A program made the position numbers and the translations under genes. This document shows, piece by piece, positions 1-9,659 of a stretch of DNA of 64,000 nt. The stretch is from positions 538,616 through 602,615 of the forward strand of contig OZ245843.1 of assembly GCA_965228875.1 (NCBI GenBank), given 5' to 3'. Below the pieces are notes generated by a model. That model ran no database searches. It had not been told where the DNA came from and saw only the letters and a program-made list of their open reading frames with translations. Every line of letters begins with the position of its first letter. Position 1 is the stretch's first letter. The DNA comes from Thalassobaculaceae bacterium. GTDB lineage: Bacteria > Pseudomonadota > Alphaproteobacteria > Thalassobaculales > Thalassobaculaceae.

Positions 1-402
1 GATGCCCGGTTCTCGGGTGGGTCCGTCGGGCTGGTGATCGGCCACGTCGGCCCGGAGGCGGCGCTGGGCGGCCCGATCGCGTTGATCGAGGATGGTGACG
101 AGATCGTCGCCGACCTTAACGCCAACGAGTTGAACTGCACCGCGCTGAACGATCCGGCGACCCTGGCGGCCCGCACGGCGAAGTGGGAGAAGGAGGTCGC
201 CGATAACGGTGGCATCCACCCGAACTGCGGCATCGCCGATACGCGTCTGTTGCATCGTGCCCGCCACACGGCGGTGCCGGCGACCCGCGGCGGCGGCCTG
301 CACCCCAACCGGGAGGTCTGGGTGCGCGAGCCCCGCGAGGGGGCGAAGTCGGGCTTTGTGCCGAGGAACAAGTACCGACCGCAGACCGACAAGGCGTTCT
401 GA
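1..402 (+). CDS. IlvD/Edd-family (dihydroxy-acid / sugar-acid) dehydratase, C-terminal fragment; 5' end lies outside the window
   Basis: Frame 1 is open from base 1. The translation [35 protein letters not shown] is the conserved C-terminal block of IlvD/Edd dehydratases. Stop TGA at 400-402. Confidence 0.8.
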   Translation, partial: DARFSGGSVGLVIGHVGPEAALGGPIALIEDGDEIVADLNANELNCTALNDPATLAARTAKWEKEVADNGGIHPNCGIADTRLLHRARHTAVPATRGGGLHPNREVWVREPREGAKSGFVPRNKYRPQTDKAF

Positions 403-419
403 TCTGCCGGCGATCGGGC

Positions 420-1997
420 TCAGGACGCCGGGCAGGGGACCGCTTGCTCGGGACGGCCGGCGGGGACGACGATCCGGCTGGCCGGCAGGAACACCGTAAC
501 GGTGGTTCCGCTGCCGACCTCGCTGTGCAGATCCAGGCGACCGCCATGCATTTCGGCCATGTGCCGTGCGAGAGGCAGGCCGAGGCCGGTTCCCTTGGGG
601 AACAGGTGCGCGTTGGCCTCGGAACGCCCGAAGGGCTCCAGGACGGTGGACAGATCCTCCTGGGCGATCCCGCTGCCGGTGTCGACGACTCGGAGGGCGA
701 CCCAGCCGCTGTGACCGCAGTCGACATCGACGCAGACCGTCCCGCCCGCCGGGGTGTGCTTGATTGCGTTGCTCAGCAGGTTCAACAGGATCTGCTTGGT
801 CTTCGTCGCATCGATCCGGAGAACCAGCGTCGTGTCGGACGTACCGCTGCACAGGGTTAGGCCACGCTCCTCCGCCAACGGACGGACGACGCGCAGGGCC
901 TCCGCCAGCAGACCGGAGATGGCGACGGGTTCCTCGTCCAGTGTTTCGCGTCCGACCTCGATCCGGGCGATGTCGAGCAGATCGTTGATCACCTTGAGCA
1001 GGTGCTGGCCGCTGAACAGGATGTCGTCGGCGTAGTCCCGGTAGCGCGACGGCTTCAGCGGGCCGAACACCTCTGCGCTGATGATCTCGGAAAAGCCGAT
1101 GATCGCGTTCAGCGGTGTTCGCAACTCGTGGCTCATCGACCATAGAAAACGCGTCTTCGAGTTGTTGGCGCTGTCGGCCTCCCGCTTGGCGGCCTCCAAC
1201 TCGGCGGTGCGCTCCCGGACCCGGGATTCCAGGTCCCGGTTCAGGGCGTTCAGGGCGCATTCCGATTGCCGGATGCGGTCGTAGGAGTCGCGCAGGTCCC
1301 TCTCACGCCGCGCCTCCTGCGCGATCAGACGGTTGTAGGCGTCGACCACAAGGCCGATCTCGTCGGAACTGCGCCATGCGATGGCCTTACGCTCCCCGGC
1401 TGTCGCGGAGGCCAGGATCGTCTCCGTCAACCGGTTCAGCGGCCGCCAGATCAGGAACCGGTAGGAGAGCGCGATACCGGCCAGCACGCAGAGAAAGGCC
1501 AGGCCGATCGCCGAGCCGGCGAGCATCAGTTCGAGATGCCGCGCGTCCTGCAACTCGGTATCGGTGAAGCCGATCCGGAGGGCGTGATGGCCCGCTTCGT
1601 CCACCGGGATGTCGACATAGTGGCCGCCCTGTCCGTCGACGCATCCCTGGGCCGGCGGCAGAGCAGCGATGACGGTGTCCCGGGTCCGCAGCTCCGAGCA
1701 CAGGAAGGCGCGGTCGGCGGCAAGGGGGGCCATCAGGTCGCGGGCGAGATCCGGGGCGCCGAACGCGTCGTGCCGGTCGATGGCACCGGCGGCGCGGGCG
1801 GCGAGGTTGCCGACACGCGAGGTCAGCGCAGCGTTGTCCGCCTGCTCCACGAAGCCGAGCAGCAGCCAGTTCGCCGGTACGATGAAGGCCAGGAACGCCG
1901 CGACGACGATGGCCAGGAACCGGACGTGCAGACGCTGGGCCCAGCGCGGCCGCCGGGAGGCCGTGCCGGGACTGTCGTCGCCGGCGGCTATGGTCAC
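420..1997 (-). CDS. Membrane sensor histidine kinase (TM-periplasmic loop-TM-HAMP-HisKA-HATPase), no cognate response regulator adjacent
   Basis: 525-aa ORF with a GTG start at 1995-1997. It has two hydrophobic segments, the H-box SHELRTPLNAIIGFSE, the N-box LLNLLSNAIKHT and G-boxes DTGSGI / GTGLGL. Confidence 0.9.
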   Translation of the reverse strand: MTIAAGDDSPGTASRRPRWAQRLHVRFLAIVVAAFLAFIVPANWLLLGFVEQADNAALTSRVGNLAARAAGAIDRHDAFGAPDLARDLMAPLAADRAFLCSELRTRDTVIAALPPAQGCVDGQGGHYVDIPVDEAGHHALRIGFTDTELQDARHLELMLAGSAIGLAFLCVLAGIALSYRFLIWRPLNRLTETILASATAGERKAIAWRSSDEIGLVVDAYNRLIAQEARRERDLRDSYDRIRQSECALNALNRDLESRVRERTAELEAAKREADSANNSKTRFLWSMSHELRTPLNAIIGFSEIISAEVFGPLKPSRYRDYADDILFSGQHLLKVINDLLDIARIEVGRETLDEEPVAISGLLAEALRVVRPLAEERGLTLCSGTSDTTLVLRIDATKTKQILLNLLSNAIKHTPAGGTVCVDVDCGHSGWVALRVVDTGSGIAQEDLSTVLEPFGRSEANAHLFPKGTGLGLPLARHMAEMHGGRLDLHSEVGSGTTVTVFLPASRIVVPAGRPEQAVPCPAS

Positions 1998-2404
1998 TTC
2001 AGCCTCTTCACGCGCCCGCTGCTCATCAGGTCGTGCAGCAGCGTCCGATCGGCCACGGCGGTATGGAACACCGAAAACCCGCCGTCGCCGCGCGCCATGT
2101 AGTAGTCGATGGGCACGTTCTTGCCGGCGTTGTCGCGGAAGTCGAAGCAGAGGACGAAGTGCTCGCCGAAGGCCAGAATCATCGGATGGGCGGTGACCGG
2201 GTGCAGGGGGCGGACCTCGCCGGTCTCCTGATGGAGGTAGAGCACGGCCCCGTCCACGGTGACCCGTTCGATGTGGCGCTGCATGGCGGCCTGGAGACCG
2301 GCCTGGTCGGCAAGCGAGAGACTCTGGCTGGCGGACGCTTGGCCGGCGACCAGAGCGAGGACGACGACGAGAGCGCCGGCGGCGGAATTGATGAAACGCG
2401 TCAT
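1994..2404 (-). CDS. Small secreted protein of unknown function (136 aa), translationally coupled to the downstream kinase
   Basis: ATG at 2402-2404. The signal-peptide-like N-terminus is MTRFINSAAGALVVVLALVAGQASA. Its TGA stop overlaps the kinase GTG (GTGA, 4-nt overlap). The rest of the 413-aa track ORF upstream is Arg/Pro-rich shadow sequence. Confidence 0.7.
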   Translation of the reverse strand: MTRFINSAAGALVVVLALVAGQASASQSLSLADQAGLQAAMQRHIERVTVDGAVLYLHQETGEVRPLHPVTAHPMILAFGEHFVLCFDFRDNAGKNVPIDYYMARGDGGFSVFHTAVADRTLLHDLMSSGRVKRLK

Positions 2405-2458
2405 TGAGCGAACCCGCAGGTTGAGAACAGTTTCGCTCTCACTACGCGCGCCGGACTT

Positions 2459-2490
2459 AAAAAACCGTGAAAAGCCACCGGTTCGTGGCC
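2459..2490 (-). terminator. Putative intrinsic terminator downstream of the aminotransferase gene
   Basis: The minus-strand RNA reads GGCCAC-GAACCG-GUGGCU, a 5-6 bp GC stem, followed by UUUUCACGGUUUUUU. Confidence 0.5.
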
Positions 2491-2509
2491 GTCGGCACCG
2501 ACTCGCCCG

Positions 2510-2569
2510 GATCCGATCCGGCCGGATCCGACCCGCAGAGATCCGACCTGCCGAGATCCGAGGCGGGAG
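2510..2569. repeat. Degenerate 15-bp tandem repeat x4, each unit starting with GATCCGA
   Basis: GATCCGA occurs at 2510, 2525, 2540 and 2555, an exact 15-bp phase. An extra off-phase GATCCGG lies at 2515. The region embeds the 14-bp palindrome GATCCGGCCGGATC. Confidence 0.85.
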
Positions 2570-2577
2570 GAGCGGGG

Positions 2578-3513
2578 TCAGCCGTAGTCGACAGGCGTGG
2601 CGTCGCGGCCGTCGCGGTGCCACTGCCAGTAGGTCTCCTTCAGGCGCGCCGAGACCGGGCCGGGTCGGTCGTTCGACAGGATGCGACCGTCGATCCGCGA
2701 GGCCGGCATGACCCCGCCGGCCGTGGTCGAGGTGAAGATCTCGTCGGCGTCGCGCAGTTCGTCGGCGGTGATCGCCCGGACCTCCCAGGGCACGCCCAGC
2801 GAGTCGCACAGGTCGAACACGGTCTGGCGGGTGATCCCCTCCAGCGCGCCGCGGTCCGGCGACACCACCGTGCCGTCCTTGACCATGAAGACGTTGAAGC
2901 CGGGGCCCTCGGTGACCAGCCCGTCGGCGTCGAGCAGCACGGCGTTGTCGGCGCCGGCGTCCTCGGCCTCGAACATGGCGCGGACCAGATCGCCCCAGTG
3001 GAAGTTCTTGATCGTCGGGTCGACGCTCTCCGGCGCGATGCGCGGCGTCCTGGCGACGATCAGGTGGGCGCCCCGCTCCTGCACGTCGGGCGGGATCACG
3101 TCGATCCACGGGATGGCGTAGGCGTAGAACCGGTTCTGCATCAGGCTCGGCCGGCGCGGCATGCCGGGCAGGGGGACGCCGCGGGTCGCGATCATCGCGA
3201 CATAGGCCTCGCGCAGGCCGGATCGCCTCACGCACTCCGCCAGGATTCCGGCGATCTGGTCGCGGTCGTAGGGCAGGGACATCCGCAGGCCGGTCATCGA
3301 TCTCTCGAACCGGGCCAGATGATGATCCAGCCGGAAGAACGCGCCGCCCCAGACGTGGACCACGTCGTATGTCACGTCCGACTTGCCGAATCCCCAGTCC
3401 ATGATCGAGATCGACGCCTCGCCGGCGGGGACGTAGTCGCCGTTGACGAAGGCCGCGCCCTTGGAGAAGTCGGAGCCGGCGGTGGATGCGGGGACGGGGG
3501 TCGGATCGTTCAT
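2578..3513 (-). CDS. Fold-type IV (class IV) PLP aminotransferase, closest by eye to (R)-selective amine transaminases
   Basis: 311 aa from the ATG at 3511-3513. Diagnostic blocks are FSKGAAFVNG, SDVTYDVVHVWGGAFFRLDHHLARF, DPTIKNFHWGDL (catalytic Lys), TEGPGFNVFMVKDG, TSTTAGGVMP and a C-terminal PVDYG. Confidence 0.85.
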   Translation of the reverse strand: MNDPTPVPASTAGSDFSKGAAFVNGDYVPAGEASISIMDWGFGKSDVTYDVVHVWGGAFFRLDHHLARFERSMTGLRMSLPYDRDQIAGILAECVRRSGLREAYVAMIATRGVPLPGMPRRPSLMQNRFYAYAIPWIDVIPPDVQERGAHLIVARTPRIAPESVDPTIKNFHWGDLVRAMFEAEDAGADNAVLLDADGLVTEGPGFNVFMVKDGTVVSPDRGALEGITRQTVFDLCDSLGVPWEVRAITADELRDADEIFTSTTAGGVMPASRIDGRILSNDRPGPVSARLKETYWQWHRDGRDATPVDYG

Positions 3514-3545
3514 ATGAGCCTCCTGACGCTTCGCACAGAGTGCCC

Positions 3546-3591
3546 CCGGTGTTCCGGATTTGTCATGCCCGATCCTGCATCCGGACACCGG
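3546..3591. promoter_or_regulatory. Long imperfect inverted repeat in the divergent promoter region (candidate operator)
   Basis: CCGGTGTTCCGGAT (3546-3559) faces ATCCGGACACCGG (3579-3591). The arms are complementary apart from one missing base. The repeat lies between the aminotransferase (-) and the SnoaL-like gene (+). Confidence 0.35.
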
Positions 3592-3663
3592 TATTGGGGT
3601 GCCGTGCGGCGTTCCGCTGCGATAGGAGTCGGGCTCGGACAGGATCAAGCGGGAGAGGACGCC

Positions 3664-4188
3664 ATGCCCCAGGAGCACATTTCGGTCGAGACGCTGGTCG
3701 ACCGGGAGAAGATCAGGACGCTGAAGGCGCAGTACTGCCGGTTCCTGGACACTAAACAGTGGCCACGCCTGCGCACCCTGTTCGCCGACGACGCGACGTT
3801 CGAGGGGTTCGGATCGGCGCCGACGGGGTCGACCGCCGACCAGTTCATCGCCGGCGCCAGCGCCCGCCTGCAGGAGGCGCTGACCGTGCATCACTGTCAC
3901 ATGGCGGAGATCGCATTCGACGGCCCGGACCGGGCGCGGGCGGTGTGGGCGATGGTCGACGTCGTCGAGTTCCTCGACGGCCGCGAGCCGGTGGAGGCGC
4001 CCGGCGCGCGCGGCTTCACCGGTTGGGGACACTACGAGGACGCCTATGTGCGGGTCGGCGGAGTCTGGCTGTTCGCCTCGAAGAGGCTGTCGCGCATCCG
4101 CATCGACCCGATCCCGACCGATCAGGTCCCCGCGCTGACCAACCGGCTGAAGGCGCACCCGGATTGGGTCGGGGGCGATGGCAGCTAG
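3664..4188 (+). CDS. SnoaL-like / NTF2-fold protein (174 aa)
   Basis: ATG at 3664. The translation MPQEHISVETLVDREKIRTLKAQYCRFLDTKQWPRLRTLFADDATFE is typical of SnoaL_4/NTF2-like proteins. The upstream part of the 573-aa track ORF is shadow sequence. Confidence 0.75.
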   Translation: MPQEHISVETLVDREKIRTLKAQYCRFLDTKQWPRLRTLFADDATFEGFGSAPTGSTADQFIAGASARLQEALTVHHCHMAEIAFDGPDRARAVWAMVDVVEFLDGREPVEAPGARGFTGWGHYEDAYVRVGGVWLFASKRLSRIRIDPIPTDQVPALTNRLKAHPDWVGGDGS

Positions 4189-4259
4189 ACCGCCCGGCGG
4201 ACCGCCTCTGTGGCGCAGGGCCGTCCGCCGGTACCGGTACAGTCGAGGTCGTGGTCCGA

Positions 4260-4472
4260 TCAGGACGGCGTCTGCCGGGATTTCCGGTACTCGGGCACCG
4301 GAAGCCCACCGATCCCCCAATCTTCCGGGGCGACCTCGTCGATGACGACGAAGGTCGAGGCCGGGTTCTTGCCGAGGACGTCTACCAGGACGTCGGTGAC
4401 GCCGCGGATCACAGCGGCCTTCTGTTCTGCAGTGACGCCGTCCCGGGTCACTTTGACGTTCACGTAGGGCAT
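4260..4472 (-). CDS. 4-oxalocrotonate tautomerase family protein (70 aa)
   Basis: The protein begins MPYVNVKV (catalytic Pro after the initiator Met) and has the tautomerase-family length and pattern ...VIRGVTDVLVDVLGK... Confidence 0.8.
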   Translation of the reverse strand: MPYVNVKVTRDGVTAEQKAAVIRGVTDVLVDVLGKNPASTFVVIDEVAPEDWGIGGLPVPEYRKSRQTPS

Positions 4473-4478
4473 GTCGCG

Positions 4479-4877
4479 CTACTCCTCTTCCGGGCGGCTG
4501 CCGGGATCGCGGATGTCGAAGTGGAAGACCTTGGCGATGATCTGCCATCGCCCCTCGACGAAGATGAGCGTCAGGAAGTCGGTGAAGTATTGCGGACCGA
4601 TAGCGCAGTTCACGCGTGCGAAGGCGGTCACCGGTCCGGCGAACTCGATCGAGACGATCGTGTCGACACGGGCCTCCCCCCGACTGGCAGGCGACGGTCG
4701 GGCGTCGACGACCGGAAAGTAGGCGTCCATCGTGAGGTGGTTCAGCGGTACTTCGGTCGCACAGACGTACTGCGCCTGAGGATGGAAGACGGCGCGCAGC
4801 CGATCTGTGTCGCTCCTGTAGAGGCCCTCGAAATAGGTCTCGAGAACCTCAGTCACCGCAGCGTAAGCGTTGGTCAT
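4479..4877 (-). CDS. NTF2-like (putative lumazine-binding type) protein, 132 aa
   Basis: The translation contains ...VLETYFEGLYRSDTDRLRAVFHPQAQYV...FARVNCAIGPQYFTDFLTLIFVEGRWQIIAKVFH. It lies 6 nt upstream of the tautomerase gene on the same strand. Confidence 0.65.
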   Translation of the reverse strand: MTNAYAAVTEVLETYFEGLYRSDTDRLRAVFHPQAQYVCATEVPLNHLTMDAYFPVVDARPSPASRGEARVDTIVSIEFAGPVTAFARVNCAIGPQYFTDFLTLIFVEGRWQIIAKVFHFDIRDPGSRPEEE

Positions 4878-4899
4878 GATCGGTCTCCCCGCTGAAGCG

Positions 4900-5508
4900 T
4901 CACGTCAGTCCTTCCGCGGCAAGCGCCGCGGCGACCGCCGGGCGGGAGCGGATCCGGGTGACCAGAGCGGTGAGCAGGGGCCAGCGGTCCAGAGCGATCC
5001 CCGACGGCGCGGCCCAGTTCGAGACCACGAAGAGGTAAGCGTCCGCTACCGAGAACGCGTCGCCGAGCAGGAACGTCCGCCCGTCGGCGAGCTCGCGTTC
5101 GATATGATCGAACCGGCGGTGGACCTGAGCGCCGGCGGCCGCCTTGTCTCCATCGCTTGCGGTCGGATTGAAGAACGGGCCGAACGCCTTGTGCAGTTCG
5201 GAGGCGATGAAGTTCAGGTATGCCTGCATTCGAGCCCGCGGAAGCGATCCGACCGGCGGGGCGAGCCCGGCACTGGGGCGTGTATCGGCGAGGTACTGGA
5301 CGATAGCGGCCCCCTCGGTGAGGACAGCGCCGTCGTCCAGCCGGAGCGCCGGTACATAGCCCATCGGATTCACCGCGGCGTAGTCCTCGCCGCTTTGGGT
5401 CCGTCCGGTCGCGGTATCGACACGTTCGAGGTCGAAGGCGGCGCCGAGTTCCCGCAGCACAATGTGCGGCGACAAAGAGCACGCGCCGGGGGTGTAGTAG
5501 AGTTTCAC
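4900..5508 (-). CDS. Glutathione S-transferase (GstA/beta-class-like)
   Basis: The sequence MKLYYTPGACSLSPHIVLRELG...GYVPALRLDDGAVLTEGAAIVQYLAD is the canonical bacterial GST N-terminal domain with the Cys/Ser motif. Confidence 0.9.
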   Translation of the reverse strand: MKLYYTPGACSLSPHIVLRELGAAFDLERVDTATGRTQSGEDYAAVNPMGYVPALRLDDGAVLTEGAAIVQYLADTRPSAGLAPPVGSLPRARMQAYLNFIASELHKAFGPFFNPTASDGDKAAAGAQVHRRFDHIERELADGRTFLLGDAFSVADAYLFVVSNWAAPSGIALDRWPLLTALVTRIRSRPAVAAALAAEGLT

Positions 5509-5557
5509 GGTCTGGGTCCTCCAGGGGTGTGTGACACAGCCGAACCTGGATCTGTCC

Positions 5558-5618
5558 GTTACCGATGGAAACCCAGTAACTTGTGGTTACGCCTATTTCG
5601 TGGTAACCGTCCGGTAAC
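5558..5618. promoter_or_regulatory. Cluster of five GTAAC/GTTAC pentamers (candidate HxlR operator) in the GST/HxlR divergent intergenic region
   Basis: GTTAC is at 5558 and 5586; GTAAC is at 5576, 5603 and 5614. This includes the inverted repeat GTAAC-N5-GTTAC at 5576-5590. By composition about 0.06 such pentamers are expected in 60 bp. Confidence 0.45.
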
Positions 5619-5631
5619 TGGAGGTGGTCTT

Positions 5632-6000
5632 ATGGTGCTGAAAGTGCGGAAAAATCAGGCGCCGCCACCGGTGCCGGACTGTCCGCTGACCGAATGCATG
5701 TCGCTGCTCGGTGGCGCATGGACACCAAATGTAATCTGGTACCTGAGCGGCGGGCCGAGACGGTTCATGGAGCTCCGCGCCGACATGCCGGCAATCTCCG
5801 CGAAGATGCTGAGCGCGCGCCTGCGGGATCTGGAGGGCAAGGGGGTGGTGAGCCGCAGTGTCATGCCCACCAGCCCACCTTCCGTCGAGTATGCGCTGAC
5901 GGAACTCGGCGGTGAACTGGTCCCCGCGATCAATGCCATCGTCGATGTCGGCAAGCGCTTGAAACTGGAGCGGCGCCCGATGGGGTCGCGTCGACCGTGA
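5632..6000 (+). CDS. HxlR-family winged-helix transcriptional regulator
   Basis: ATG at 5632 is preceded by GGAGGTGG. The HxlR signature is CPLTECMSLLGGAWTPNVIWYLSGGPRRFMELRADMPAISAKMLSARLRDLEGKGVV. Confidence 0.9.
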   Translation: MVLKVRKNQAPPPVPDCPLTECMSLLGGAWTPNVIWYLSGGPRRFMELRADMPAISAKMLSARLRDLEGKGVVSRSVMPTSPPSVEYALTELGGELVPAINAIVDVGKRLKLERRPMGSRRP

Positions 6001-6126
6001 GCAGGAGCGCGGGCGGCTCGGGGCGATTTGATCCGAACCTTGCACCACCCTGCACGTCACTGGAGATGAAGGAAACTCGCACGACCAGGTGTCTCCATCT
6101 GGTCGCGGCTTTCCCTAGCTGCCGAC

Positions 6127-7473
<1,347 letters not shown>

Positions 7474-7722
7474 GGCGGGCCGCTTCCCTTGTCGACGCAC
7501 GTTGGAATGAAGGCCCTTGAACTAGAAGCTTGGACCGGCCGGAGCAATAGCTGATTGGCCCGGTCAGGGCGGCGGAAACCGCGCCGCCGTTCGGCTCCAC
7601 CTCCTGGCCCGGCTCCCGGCCCACCTTCCGGCGGGATCCGTCACCGTGTTCCGCGGTTCGCCCGTCGCGCGAACAGGGCGTCGCGCACGACCGAGGGATC
7701 GAGAACGATTTTCGCTGGACGT

Positions 7723-7730
7723 ATTGGTCA
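7723..7730 (+). promoter_or_regulatory. ATTGGTCA octamer upstream of udh (candidate regulator half-site)
   Basis: The octamer sits in an AT-rich patch 56-63 bp upstream of the udh ATG. The same octamer recurs upstream of the TRAP operon at 9660-9667. Confidence 0.3.
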
Positions 7731-7785
7731 TATGAAGTTAGATCAAATCAGAAACTAATCATACCAAACAGATTTCGGGGCGGAG

Positions 7786-8622
7786 ATGGAACGAGTGCTG
7801 CTGACCGGAGCGGCCGGTGGGATCGGGGCGCGGATGCGCCGGGAACTGTCCGGCGCCTATCCGGTGCTTCGGGTGTCCGATCTGACGGATCTCGGCCCGG
7901 CCGGAGCGGGGGAGGAGGTCGTTACCGCCGACCTCTGCGATCCGGATGACCGGCGGCGCCTCGTCGACGGGGTCGACGGCATCATCCATCTCGGCGGGCT
8001 GTCGGTGGAAAACCCGTGGGAAGACATCCTGCGGGTCAATATCGACGGCACCTACCGGCTGTTCGAGGCGGCCTACGAGGCCGGGGTGAAGCGGATCGTC
8101 TTCGCCAGTTCGAACCACGCCATCGGCTTCTACCCCCGCGGCCAGCGCCTGGACGGGAGCGAGCGGCCGCGCCCGGACTGCCGCTACGGGCTGAGCAAGG
8201 TCTTCGGCGAGGCGTTGTCCCAATACTTCGCCGACAACTACGGCATCGGCATCCTGTCGATCCGCATCGGCTGGTGTTTCGAGAAGCCGGAGTACCCGCG
8301 CACGCTCGGTTCCTGGGTCAGCATCGGCGACCTGACGCGGCTCTGCCGTCTCGGACTGGAGGCGCCGGACCTGCACCACGAGATCGTCTTCGGCATTTCC
8401 GACAATTCCCGCACCTGGTGGGACAACGCCACGGCCAAGCGGCTCGGCTATGCGCCCCAGGACTCCTCGGACCAGTGGATCGCCGAGGTCGACGCCGCCG
8501 CGAACATCGAACCGGGAGGTCCTGTCTCCCTCGGCGTGCAGGGCGGCCCCTTCGCCAGCACGGGCTACGAGGGTGATCCGGCCCGCGTCCTGCCGGGCGC
8601 GGCGCCCGACGGTGGGCGCTGA
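7786..8622 (+). CDS. udh: Uronate dehydrogenase (NAD-dependent, SDR/epimerase fold)
   Basis: The sequence [18 protein letters not shown]...[29 protein letters not shown]...[15 protein letters not shown]...[11 protein letters not shown]...WWDN aligns block for block with characterised Udh enzymes as I remember them. Confidence 0.88.
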   Translation: MERVLLTGAAGGIGARMRRELSGAYPVLRVSDLTDLGPAGAGEEVVTADLCDPDDRRRLVDGVDGIIHLGGLSVENPWEDILRVNIDGTYRLFEAAYEAGVKRIVFASSNHAIGFYPRGQRLDGSERPRPDCRYGLSKVFGEALSQYFADNYGIGILSIRIGWCFEKPEYPRTLGSWVSIGDLTRLCRLGLEAPDLHHEIVFGISDNSRTWWDNATAKRLGYAPQDSSDQWIAEVDAAANIEPGGPVSLGVQGGPFASTGYEGDPARVLPGAAPDGGR

Positions 8623-8704
8623 GACCGCCGATCGACACCCCCGACGGACGCCTCCGACCGACGCCGTCACATCGAGTTTCATTCACGCTACGGAAGACCC
8701 AGCC

Positions 8705-9634
8705 ATGCCGCTGTCCCCGCAAGACCTGAAAACGAAGATGGGTTCCGGACTGCTGTCCTTTCCCGTCACCCACTTCGATTCCGACCTCCAGTTCGACGAG
8801 GGCCCGTACCGCGAGCATGTGTCGTGGCTGTCCTCCTTCGATGCGGCGACCCTGTTCGCCGCCGGCGGCACCGGCGAGTACTTCTCGCTCGGCGAGGATG
8901 AGTATCCGCAGATTGTCCGCGCCGCGGTCGAGGCGGCCGACGGTCGCTGTCCGGTGGTGGCCGGCTGTGGCGTGAACACACGGCGGGCCGTCGCCGACGC
9001 GAAGGCGGCCGAGGCCGCCGGCGCCGACGGGCTGCTGCTGCTGCCGACCTACCTGATGGGCGGTACCCAGGACGGACAGTTTGCCCACGCCAAGGCGGTG
9101 TGCGACGCCGTTTCTATCGGCGTGGTCGTCTACAACCGCGCGACCTCGGTCATGACGGCCGACACCGTCGCCCGACTGGCCGATGCCTGCCCGAACCTCA
9201 TCGGCTTCAAGGATGGCGTCGGGGAGATCGATCTGGTCACCCGTATCCGCGCCACCCTCGGCGACCGGCTGGTCTATGTCGGCGGCATGCCGACCCATGA
9301 ACTGTTCGCCTCCGCCTACGATGCGGCGGGCTTCTCGACCTACTCCTCGGCGGTCTTCAATTTCGTGCCGGAACTGGCGCTGTCGTTCTACGCCGCGCTG
9401 CGGGCCGGGGACCGGTCGACCATGGACCGGATCCTGCACGGTTTCTTCTACCCCTTCGCCGACATCCGCGACCGCGTGGCCGGCTATCCGGTCGCGCTCA
9501 TCAAGGGCGGGTTGAAGGCGGTGGGGCGCGATGCGGGCCGGGTGCGGCCGCCGCTCGTCGATCCGACGGAACAGGACGTCGCCGATCTCGCGCGGGTCAT
9601 CGGATCCGCCGGCGCCCTGAGCTCGGCGGCATAG
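8705..9634 (+). CDS. kdgD: 5-dehydro-4-deoxyglucarate dehydratase (DapA/NAL superfamily)
   Basis: ATG at 8705. The sequence [25 protein letters not shown]...[13 protein letters not shown]...GFKDGVG is the KdgD-type pattern, and the gene sits immediately after udh. Confidence 0.85.
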   Translation: MPLSPQDLKTKMGSGLLSFPVTHFDSDLQFDEGPYREHVSWLSSFDAATLFAAGGTGEYFSLGEDEYPQIVRAAVEAADGRCPVVAGCGVNTRRAVADAKAAEAAGADGLLLLPTYLMGGTQDGQFAHAKAVCDAVSIGVVVYNRATSVMTADTVARLADACPNLIGFKDGVGEIDLVTRIRATLGDRLVYVGGMPTHELFASAYDAAGFSTYSSAVFNFVPELALSFYAALRAGDRSTMDRILHGFFYPFADIRDRVAGYPVALIKGGLKAVGRDAGRVRPPLVDPTEQDVADLARVIGSAGALSSAA

Positions 9635-9659
9635 AGATACGATCAATGGACAGATAGAT

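Noticed and set aside
2510-2569. Whether the 15-bp phased repeat could be a CRISPR array.
   Set aside because: The units are contiguous 15-mers with no spacers, far shorter than CRISPR repeats, and no cas genes are present in the window.
2405-3235. Long N-terminal extensions of track ORFs: 1994-3235, 2467-3663, 4870-5631, 49058-49483, 52205-52636, 63665-63799 and 50412-50486.
   Set aside because: The extensions are Arg/Pro/Gly-rich, overlap other supported genes and lack homology-like motifs. Internal starts with Shine-Dalgarno-like sequences give proteins of family-typical length.
7555-7758. A 67-aa ORF, and a 56-aa minus-strand ORF starting near 7733, in the 312-bp hisS-udh gap.
   Set aside because: The translations are extremely Arg/Pro-rich, there is no RBS and no motif. 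The gap more likely holds the promoters or leaders of hisS and udh.
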